DNA from: Podarcis cretensis | Taxonomy: Eukaryota | Length of the DNA: 64,000 nt | Reading direction: 5' to 3' | Assembly: GCA_951804945.1 (NCBI GenBank) | Contig: OX638158.1 | Location: 41,044,001 to 41,108,000 of the forward strand | Shown here: piece by piece, positions 27,446 to 35,852 of the stretch | How the letters are laid out: every line of letters starts with the position of its first letter | Numbering within the stretch: the first letter of the stretch is position 1 | Position numbers and translations under genes: made by a program | The notes under the pieces: generated by a model | The model's input: only the letters and a program-made list of their open reading frames with translations | What the model was told of the DNA's origin: nothing | The model's database searches: none

Positions 27446-30400
27446 ATGTGCCCACGCCAGAACCCCCAAGACCAGCTCTTGTAATAGAGGTATTGCTGGA
27501 GCTGGCAAACGGACACCCACTAAAAGTGAAGGCGCTATTAGACTCAGGCAGCTCCTGCAACTTTATGAGTAAGGAGTTTGCAGCCGCCCATCAGATACAG
27601 ACCATTCCTTTAAAAAATCCCCTGCAGGTGACCACGATTGATGGGAGGGCTCTGTTGGGGGGAGAAGTAGACCAGCAGACTGTCCCCATGACAATGAGGG
27701 TAGCAAGACACACGGAACGGATAGCGTTTAATATAGCCACGTTGGGAGGAGCGCCCGTCATTTTGGGGATGAGCTGGCTAGCGCTGCATGATCCGCTTGT
27801 GGGATGGCATCAGAGAGTGGTTTCCTTTGGGTCAGCACATTGTATGGGACACTGCACAGAAAAAGGGGGCCAAGTAGGCACTCAGGCCACGTTAGCAAAG
27901 ATAGAAGCAATGGATCAAGGTAGGGTACCACGACAATATGCAGATTTTGCCGACGTCTTCAGCGAAAGGGAAGCAGATAAACTACCCCCGCACAGACCCT
28001 TTGACTGCCAAATCAACTTACTTCCAGGAGCGCAATTGCCAGTGGGCAAGGTGTATGCAATGTCTGACAGAGAGATGCAGGAGCTAAGGGAGTTTATTGA
28101 CAAAAACCTCAAGCGTGGGTTCATCAGGGAGTCACGAGCGGTGGGGGGTAGCCCAGTGTTCTTTGTAGACAAAAAAAACTCGGACAAACCGAGATTAATT
28201 GTGGATTTCAGGGCCCTAAACGCAGTGTCCGAACCCGTGAGCTTCCCTATGCCCAGAATCGATGACATTCTGACCCGGGTGAGAAAAGGGAAGATTTTTA
28301 CCAAGCTGGACCTGAGGGGGGCGTATAACCTGATACGTATGAGAAAGGGAGATGAGTGGAAAACCACTATGTTCACCCCCTTGGGGGCATTTGAGTACTG
28401 CGTTATGCCTTTCGGCCTCCAGGCGGGTTCAGCAGTATTTCAATCATTCATGAATCACGTACTAGGACCATTGCTGTACAAGAACTGCGCTGCGTTCTTG
28501 GACGATGTACTGGTGTACTCAGAGGATGAAGAGCAGCATGTGCGAGATGTACGAGAAGTACTGAGCAAACTGCAAGAAAACCAGCTGTGGGTGAAACTGG
28601 AGAAGTGTCAGTTTCACACCAGGGAGGTGGAATTCCTTGGGTACCGGTTGTCGGACAAGGGGCTGGCCATGGATCCTAGCAAGGTGCAAGCGGTGCTGGA
28701 ATGGAGGCCACCGAAAACTAAGAAAGATGTGCAGAGGTTTTTGGGGTTCGGAAACTTCTATCGGAAGTTCATCAAGAACTTCGCCCATTTAACAGCCCCC
28801 ATCACGGATTGTCTCAGCAGTAAGAAGAAATTTGTCTGGACGGAAGAAGCGCAGCGAGCTTTCGAAAGTTTAAAGAGGGCGTTTGCTTCGGAAGAACAAC
28901 TCTTACAGGTGGATCTGCAGCAGCCGATGAGGGTGGAAACCGACGCGTCTGACAGAGCGGTGGGCGCCGTGCTCCTGCAGCCAGGAGCGAATACGTCGGA
29001 ATGGAGGCCGTGTGCCTTCTTCTCGAGGAAATTGAACAAGTCTGAGAGGAATTATACAGTGTACGACAGAGAATTACTCGCTGTCCACGAAGCATTCAAG
29101 AGATGGAGACACCTGTTGATTGGGGCGCAACACAAGGTTCAAGTGCGGACAGACCACAAAAATCTAGAATACTGGAGAACAGCCCGAGTATTGAACCAGA
29201 GACAAGTAAGATGGGCGCAAGAGTTCTCCAAGTTCAATTTTGAAATTCGCTACGTACCAGGGGCTGAGAATGTCAGGGCGGACGCTCTCTCCAGAAAACC
29301 TGAGTACTTGGAGGGGGAAGGAGGGGCGGAAGAAAGACATATCATCTCAGAGGACCACTGGGTTTGTGGGGCGGCATTGGTGGGGCAAAGAGAACTGGTA
29401 GAGGGTATTGAAAACGATGAATATGCCCAAGAGAAACTTAGGGAACTCAGGGAGACAGGTGAGAACGCAGGGGGGTTTGAGGAAAAGAACGGAAAACTAT
29501 ATTACAAAGGGGCGCTCTACATACCAGGTGGGGAACTAAGAGGGCGGGTGCTTAAACAGTTGCATGACAGCCCCACGGCGGGGCACTTCGGGCAGCACAA
29601 GACCATGTGGTTGGTTACCAGGGAGTTTTGGTGGCCCAAGGTGCGGGAAGACGTGCGGGAGTATGTCAGGGGATGCGACAGGTGCCAAAGAGCAAAGGGA
29701 GAGAGGTTGGCGCCAGCAGGGTTATTAGAACCATTACCCACCCCAGAAAGGCCATGGGAGATGGTATCCATAGACTTCATGACCGATCTACCGAGATCCA
29801 AAGGGAAAACCGCGGTCATGGTGGTGGTAGATCTACTAACTAAGATGTGCCACTTTATAGCTTGTTCACATGCAGTGACAGCGGAAGAAACCGCAAGGTT
29901 GTTTGTGGAGCACATTTTTAGGTTGCATGGCGCCCCCTTGATGGTTTTGAGCGACAGAGGAAAACAATTTACTTCTAGGTTCTGGAGGAAACTAATGAGC
30001 ATGTTGCATGTGGAGGTAAGTTTTTCCACCGCCAGGCACCCAGAAACAAATGGGCAAGCAGAAAGGGCAAACGGGGTTTTGCAACAATATCTGAGGTGTT
30101 ATGTAAAGGACAGAGAAACTGATTGGGTAGACTGGTTACCTCTGGCAGAATTTGCCTACAACAACGCGGAGAACGTGTCCACAGGGATGAGTCCCTTTCT
30201 AGCCAATTATGGGTGTCATCCTCGGGCGTTTCCAGGAGAGGGCGGGGGAAGGTGGAGTGTACCTGCAGCGGAAAATTTTGTTGAAGAGATGGAAGCGATC
30301 CACCGTCAGCTCCAACTCAACTTAGAGAAAGCCAAAGAAGAATATAAGAAGCAAGCAGACAGAAATAGGAGGGAAGGCGAAACCATAAGGGTGGGTAACC

Positions 30401-31383
30401 GGGTGTGGCTCTCCACCCAAGGACTGCCGTTCAAGGGAGGGTGTAAGAAATTGAGACCCAAACGGTTGGGACCCTTTGAGGTCATACAGCAGGTCAACCC
30501 AGTAGCATTCAAACTCCGATTGCCCAGTCACATGAAATTGCACCCAGTATTTCACAGGTCATTACTGTCGCCATACAGAGAGGGGTGTGAGTGGGGGGAA
30601 CATGAGAGGGAGGTCACCCGGACACCCGTCATAGAAGAGAGAGAACGCAACATGGATGTGGCAGGGATCATTGATTCCAGATGGAAGGGGAATCAGGTGG
30701 AATACTTGGTAGAATGGGAGGGGGAGGAAGAGTCAGAAAACACATGGGTACCGGCAGAGGAAGTCAAAGACGAGATTTTAATAGAAACGTTTCATCGGCG
30801 TTTCCCAAGGAAACCACAACCAGTGGCAAGGTTTAGGAGGGAACACTTCGGGACTACAGATGAGGAAGGGGAGTTTGAAGGGTTCCCAGAGTCGGGAGTG
30901 GAGGTGGAAACAGATTCCGACGAAGGAGAGGAAGAGGGGGAAAGAGGCGGAAGGCCGTGGTTAGAAGTGTTTGAATCCTCGGAGGATGAGGGGAGTTCCT
31001 TCCAGGGATTTCCGTCCTCGCCGCCAGTAAGAGAAGAGGCGGGAGGGGGTGAAGGGGGCCCTGGGGGGGAGGTGGATGTCAGGGAACTGCCATCGGAAGG
31101 ACAGGTGGTGAGAAGGCTTCAGGAGAATAGGAGAGACAATTCTTCAGCAGAAGAGGGAACCAGTAGGGGGAGTGCGGGAGCTCCAAAGGAAAGGGAGTCG
31201 GAGGGGAGGCTCTGGGATACTTCCAGTGAGAACAGCGAGGAGGTATCAGAACAGCTTTTAAGGACCCCCACCCCCCGCCGGAAACTGTCACGCAGGGAAT
31301 CCAGGAGGCGCATGTCCGTGAAACAGCTTTTATGTTGGAAACGTTTCCGCAAACGCCCACTGTCAGATTCTACCAGCGACTGA
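27379..31383 (+). CDS. pol: Pol polyprotein: aspartic protease, RT, RNase H, integrase, chromodomain and long C-terminal tail; probably made as a Gag-Pol fusion by -1 frameshift
   Basis: Open frame from 27379 with no stop. Motifs: LLDSG (27541), AFLDDVLVY (28495), VETDASD/DRELLAV/TDHKNL/ADALSR, HHCC (HDSPTAGH...CDRC), D-D-E (SIDF, LSDRG, QAERAN), GPF, and chromodomain YLVEWEG...NTWVP (about 30652-30807). Confidence 0.96.
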   Translation, partial: GASKSQRLAATDGAQQPGQGTVNVPTPEPPRPALVIEVLLELANGHPLKVKALLDSGSSCNFMSKEFAAAHQIQTIPLKNPLQVTTIDGRALLGGEVDQQTVPMTMRVARHTERIAFNIATLGGAPVILGMSWLALHDPLVGWHQRVVSFGSAHCMGHCTEKGGQVGTQATLAKIEAMDQGRVPRQYADFADVFSEREADKLPPHRPFDCQINLLPGAQLPVGKVYAMSDREMQELREFIDKNLKRGFIRESRAVGGSPVFFVDKKNSDKPRLIVDFRALNAVSEPVSFPMPRIDDILTRVRKGKIFTKLDLRGAYNLIRMRKGDEWKTTMFTPLGAFEYCVMPFGLQAGSAVFQSFMNHVLGPLLYKNCAAFLDDVLVYSEDEEQHVRDVREVLSKLQENQLWVKLEKCQFHTREVEFLGYRLSDKGLAMDPSKVQAVLEWRPPKTKKDVQRFLGFGNFYRKFIKNFAHLTAPITDCLSSKKKFVWTEEAQRAFESLKRAFASEEQLLQVDLQQPMRVETDASDRAVGAVLLQPGANTSEWRPCAFFSRKLNKSERNYTVYDRELLAVHEAFKRWRHLLIGAQHKVQVRTDHKNLEYWRTARVLNQRQVRWAQEFSKFNFEIRYVPGAENVRADALSRKPEYLEGEGGAEERHIISEDHWVCGAALVGQRELVEGIENDEYAQEKLRELRETGENAGGFEEKNGKLYYKGALYIPGGELRGRVLKQLHDSPTAGHFGQHKTMWLVTREFWWPKVREDVREYVRGCDRCQRAKGERLAPAGLLEPLPTPERPWEMVSIDFMTDLPRSKGKTAVMVVVDLLTKMCHFIACSHAVTAEETARLFVEHIFRLHGAPLMVLSDRGKQFTSRFWRKLMSMLHVEVSFSTARHPETNGQAERANGVLQQYLRCYVKDRETDWVDWLPLAEFAYNNAENVSTGMSPFLANYGCHPRAFPGEGGGRWSVPAAENFVEEMEAIHRQLQLNLEKAKEEYKKQADRNRREGETIRVGNRVWLSTQGLPFKGGCKKLRPKRLGPFEVIQQVNPVAFKLRLPSHMKLHPVFHRSLLSPYREGCEWGEHEREVTRTPVIEERERNMDVAGIIDSRWKGNQVEYLVEWEGEEESENTWVPAEEVKDEILIETFHRRFPRKPQPVARFRREHFGTTDEEGEFEGFPESGVEVETDSDEGEEEGERGGRPWLEVFESSEDEGSSFQGFPSSPPVREEAGGGEGGPGGEVDVRELPSEGQVVRRLQENRRDNSSAEEGTSRGSAGAPKERESEGRLWDTSSENSEEVSEQLLRTPTPRRKLSRRESRRRMSVKQLLCWKRFRKRPLSDSTSD
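27385..27453 (+). promoter_or_regulatory. Programmed -1 frameshift signal: H-type pseudoknot
   Basis: Stem 1 GCCTGGCTGC (27398-27407)/GCAGCCAGGC (27423-27432); stem 2 GGGCACA (27416-27422)/TGTGCCC (27447-27453); lies in the overlap where pol is -1 relative to the zinc-knuckle frame. Confidence 0.75.
31063..31076 (+). other. Polypurine tract
   Basis: GGGGGGGAGGTGGA immediately 5' of the 3' LTR. Confidence 0.8.
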
Positions 31384-31486
31384 CGGAGCCATGCTGAAGG
31401 GCTCCGCTCAAGGCAGGGTTTCACTACACTGAGTGAGCTCTGAGGGATCCAGCTTCAACGCACAAGCAGCTCATCATCCCACCACA
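31077..31486 (+). repeat. 3' LTR (410 bp), overlapped by the last 101 codons of pol
   Basis: Direct repeat of the 5' LTR, followed by the GGTGG TSD. Confidence 0.97.
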
Positions 31487-33261
31487 GGTGGCATGCCTAC
31501 GGATTTTCCTCCTCTAAAAACTACATGCGTGTTATGGTCGGGTGCGTGTTATAGAGCGAAAAATACGGTAATTCTTTGTTAGACAAACCATTCTGAAGCT
31601 GTTGAGTAAACAAAAGCAATTTATACTTGTTGCTTCTGAAGCTGCATATTACTCAATAGTGTAGGGAAATAGTGTTTCTTAGTTGTGTTGTATTGGAAAC
31701 TTATGTTGCAAAGTCTGTGAGAAGAGCTGAGTTTGGTTTGGAAAGGGGGGGGAAGGGGATTAATTTCTGTTTGTCACACAAAATGTTAAAAAGCACGGGA
31801 GGTTTTAAGAGAAGCAAGTTGGTAATACACTTAACAACATACTACAGGTAGATCTGTTAGCAGCCTTTAGGCACAGATAATTATATCTGGATGCATGATA
31901 CTGGGTACTCAGATAGGTAGTTATGAGTAAAAGCCATACGCTTTTAAATTACTACCTAGTATTCCCACAAAGGAGATGCCAAGTTGACTACTTATCATAA
32001 TGGGCTCTTGGTCAAACAAAGTATACCATTTTGAAAATAGCAAATTATTGAAGGCAATGGTTTGCTCACAGCACTGGCAATAAAGTTATTATTTGTACCA
32101 GGAGCAGAGCATTAGGCACAAATACTTAGAGCTAACAAGAATGAAAACAATGAGAGGCTACTATACTCTTGCACTAATCCTACATCTGCCTTTCCATAAG
32201 TCAGATAATAATAAAAAAAAAATACGTAGCTTCAACACCATAAAAATAAGCTGTGGGTGTCAAAAATATTGAAGATCAATATTTTCCTCCTTGAAACTGT
32301 CAAAGTATACTAAAACACATTTTTCTAAACATATGCTTTGCCCAGTATATAGCACTGTCAAAGTGTCTAGACTGCGGTTTCTCAGTAACCCAGATTTAGA
32401 TTAGATTCATATCATCATTTAGCACTTTTTTCTGCCAGGAATAGAAATGAAACTCCACTTGAGTTTTTGCTCTTATCCTGTCAGTGTACTACTAAGCATC
32501 GATTCCAAGTTTCTCTTCATCATAAGCCATTCCAAGCTTATCCTTCTGCGTGAAAGAATAACCTGCTCCTTTACAGATTGTGTCAAAGGATCTCCTGATA
32601 TGGTAGCAGATAGTTGGTTATTTTCATTTTCAGTTTTACAAAGCCAGAGACATACAACATTCATTTATCCTTCCAATCAAGGCCACTTAGCACTTTTAAA
32701 AGCTTAGAAGAGTAGAAATGTGGCACATTGTATTAATCAGAAAAGCTAAATCTACTGACTATTCCATTTCCTCAACATCAAATCTAAGGAAGAATATGAT
32801 TATCTTAGCTTTCTGGTCATGAAAGCATTCTTTTTTTAAGTCTAAGTTATGTGTGACAATAAATATTTCAGAAAACAATATATTGCATTTTAGGGTGACT
32901 CTCTTAAAAGTCTGCTTACAGCAATTAATATTTATAAGATTTCTTACCCACCTTCCACCATAATGTCCCAGGGTGGGTTACAACAAGAGAATATACCATT
33001 ATAAAAACAAGTAATACCATTATCATTTAAAGCACATAAATAAGATAGCGAACAGAAATTAAACAAAGAACTAGCAAATTAACCAAAGTATTAGCAAATA
33101 AGCCAAATAATTTCACCAGTAAAAAGTTAACGAATAATTTTAAATGTTTTTAAGAACTGCTGTATGTACCACCTGGATCATGGAGTCCAAACATGTGGGG
33201 CCACCATCAAAAAGCCCCTGATACCTACCAACCTGATGGTTCTTCCTTAATGGTGGGTAAA

Positions 33262-33745
33262 ACAGAATCACAAAACTGTAAAGTTGGAAGGGACCCCAGG
33301 GCCATCTAGTCCAGGGGTAGGCAACCTAAGGCCCGGGGGCCGAATGTGGCCCAATTGTCTTCTCAATCTGGCCCGCGGACAGTTCGGGAATCAGCATGTT
33401 TTTACATTAGTAGAATGTGTCCTTTTATTTAAAATGCATCTCTGGGTTATTTGTGGGGCATGCCTGGTGTTTTTACATGAGTAGAATGTGTGATTTTATT
33501 TAAAATGCATCTCTGGGTTATTTGTGGGGCATAGGAATTTGTTCATTTTTTATTTATTTTTCAAAATATAGTCCGGCCCCCCATATGGTCTGAGGAACGG
33601 TGGACCGGCCCACGGCTGAAAAAGGTTGCTGACCCCTGATCTAGTCCAACCCCCTGCAAAGCGGGAATCCTGCCCACAGTCATCCCTGGGTAGGCTCGAA
33701 CCACCAACTTTCTGGTTAAAATCCAGATGCACTGACCTATTGCAT
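33262..33745 (-). mobile_element. tRNA-derived SINE with a CR1-type 3' tail, interrupted by the hAT element
   Basis: The minus strand has a GGTTCGAGCC B box (about 33693-33702) and GGACTAGATG...CCCTTCCAAC...TTCT CR1 3'-end motifs. Confidence 0.7.
33312..33638. mobile_element. Non-autonomous hAT (Charlie/OposCharlie1-like) element with an internal tandem duplication of about 65-70 bp
   Basis: TIRs CAGGGGTAGGCAACCT / AGGTTGCTGACCCCTG; 8-bp TSD ATCTAGTC (33304-33311, 33639-33646). The family name is from recall of the subterminal sequence. Confidence 0.85.
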
Positions 33746-33767
33746 CGCACCTCTGAAGCTGATCTTA

Positions 33768-34131
33768 AAAGGTAAAGGTAAAGGTACCCCTGCCCGTACG
33801 GGCCAGTCTTGACAGACTCTGGGGTTGTGCGCCCATCTCACTCAAGAGGCCAGGGGCCAGCGCTGTCCGGAGACACTTCCGGGTCACGTGGCCAGCGTGA
33901 CATCGCTGCTCTGGCTAGCCAGAGCCGCACACGGAAACGCCGTTTACCTTCCCGCTATTAAGCGGTCCCTATTTATCTACTTGCACCCGGAGGTGCTTTC
34001 GAACTGCTAGGTTGGCAGGCGCTGGGACCGAGCAGCGGGAGCACACCCCGCCGCAGGGATTCGAACCGCCGACCTTTCGATCGGCAAGCCCTAGGCGCTG
34101 AGGCTTTAACCCACAGCGCCACCTGCGTCCC
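33768..34131 (-). mobile_element. Sauria SINE (full length)
   Basis: tRNA-like head with A box and GGTTCGAATCC B box on the minus strand, (ACCTTT)n tail, 14-bp TSD TGAAGCTGATCTTA (33754-33767, 34133-34146). Confidence 0.92.
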
Positions 34132-34480
34132 TTGAAGCTGATCTTAGAGCCTGGCAAATCTACAAGTAGCACAGACCCAAACCATCTGAAGTTTTTAAAA
34201 GTCAAAATCAGCACCTTAAATTAAGAGAGGATCCTACTGTGTCAGAGCTCTGATGAAGGAAGAAAGAGGCACTAGTAAAAAGTAGCTTTTTTGCACATTC
34301 AAGGCCTAGTAGTTAGCCTGACTGCCACTTCAGGGCTGCCACTCCCAGTAAAAGGAAGCCTGCCACCCTCTTCTAAAGAGCACATGTAAATTAGGGGCAG
34401 AGAGTTCAAAGGAAAAATGTTGTTTAAGATCATTTTAGCAAAAGACGGGAGTCAAGTTGGGAGCCCCTCATCCCTTAGAC

Positions 34481-34616
34481 CAGGCACCCCCAAACTCACC
34501 CCTTCAGATGTTTTGGGACTACAACTCCCATCATCCCTAGATGACAGGACCAGTGGTCAGGGGTGATGGGAGTTGTAGTCCCAAAACATCTAGAGGACCA
34601 AGTTTGCCTATGCCTG
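34481..34616. mobile_element. Palindromic hAT MITE (136 bp)
   Basis: Same family as 20736; TSD CCTTAGAC on both sides. Confidence 0.88.
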
Positions 34617-35393
34617 CCTTAGACAGAGCTTCTAGACAGACAGCCTCCTGGAGGCCTTCATAAGAAAATATATTTCCCAGCTTTCCTACTGATTCAATCA
34701 AGAATGTAGTTAGCAACCTTGTCTCCTTGCCACAAGCCGTTAAGGTGAAGACACCTAACTGATGTAATCAATTCAAAACTATTTATAAACTTTTAAAAAG
34801 AGAAACTAAGTATTTTTTAAAAAAAATCATACAAAAGAATCGCATCGAATTCCACAACATCAGAAGCAGAGAATCCCATGCTTCTTTGAAATATTACAAA
34901 ACAAAACAGATATAAAAAGCCTTGAAGCAATATACAGAGTTGAGAATTCATCATTACAAAGTCATTACTATAAAGCATTTAGATAGACAGTCTCTGGGGC
35001 AAGGAGCCGTTTACAGTTTCTGTAATTCATCTAGTGAATATATCTCTTCTTAGGCACAATAATAATTTGTTAGAAGGCAAAAATGTTCCTACATTGGATG
35101 GCTATGGCCTTCTATATGTGAAAAAAAAAATGTAAAAATACTACCAACACTGGAACATCAACTCCACTGTATCCACAGATGTAAAATTTGAATTGAAGAT
35201 GCACCAGCCAGCAAATCTTCTAGTAGTTGGTAGAGTTCTTGCTCTATACATATCATTTATCAGCACATTAGGCAGGACTAATCACAGTGCAGAGGTGGAG
35301 ATTTCTTGCCTTTAAATACAAGAAAGCCCCACTGTCAGTTTTACTATTTGTGGCAATAAATTTTTGAGACATTATTGCAGCTGTTTCTATAGA

Positions 35394-35852
35394 AAGTGGG
35401 TACCTTGGTTTACAACCATAATCCATTCCGGAGGCCCTTTGTAAACCAAAACAGAGTGTAACCCAAGGCGTGCTTTCACCAATGGGGCCTCCAAAAAAAA
35501 TCTGTTCGTAATCCAAAAAAAATGGGTTGTAATCCAAAAAAAGGTTGCAAACTGGGACACACACTTTCAGGTTCGACATGTTTGTACAGTGGTAACTCAG
35601 GTTAAGTACTTAACCTGAAACTGTTCTTAACCTGAAGCACCATTTTAGCTAATGGGGCCTCCTGCTGCCGCCGTGCCGCTGGAGCCCGATTTCTGTTCTT
35701 ATCCTGAGGCAAAGTTCTTAACCTGAAGCACTATTTCTAGGATAGCGGAGTGTGTAACCTGAAGCTTATGTAACCTGAAGCGTATGTAACCCTGTACCAC
35801 TGTAATCCAAAATGTATGCAAACCAAGACATATGTAAACCAAGGTACCACTG
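35394..35852. mobile_element. Tigger/pogo-like MITE containing a second MITE (35587-35802)
   Basis: Outer AGTGGGTACCTTGGTTTAC / GTAAACCAAGGTACCACTG|TA; inner TA|CAGTGGTA...TACCACTG|TA. Confidence 0.8.

Larger units (their letters stand above)
25976..31486 (+). mobile_element. Full-length Ty3/Gypsy (Metaviridae) chromovirus LTR retrotransposon, sushi/Tf1/PEG10-related group
   Basis: TG...CA direct repeats at 25976-26385 and 31077-31486; 5-bp TSD GGTGG at 25971-25975 and 31487-31491; gag plus pol in PR-RT-RH-IN-chromodomain order; purine tract before the 3' LTR. Confidence 0.97.
25879..31569. mobile_element. Tc1/mariner (Tc2-like) MITE of about 175 bp, split by the LTR element
   Basis: TA|CCGTATTTTTTGC at 25879 and GCGAAAAAATACGG|TA ending at 31569; the two halves rejoin across the GGTGG TSD. 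Confidence 0.85.
32930..34225 (-). mobile_element. Old L2 LINE 3' relic hosting the SINE, hAT and Sauria insertions
   Basis: Minus-strand remnants FKVLILTFK (about 34195-34220) and an AFxxVAP-like motif (about 33190-33215), plus an L2-type tail near 32930-32980. Confidence 0.55.

Noticed and set aside
26518-30555. Multiple antisense ORFs inside the retrotransposon
   Set aside because: Shadows of the sense coding frame with no recognisable domains.
33690-34131. tRNA genes suggested by A/B boxes
   Set aside because: The boxes belong to SINE heads; there is no cloverleaf.
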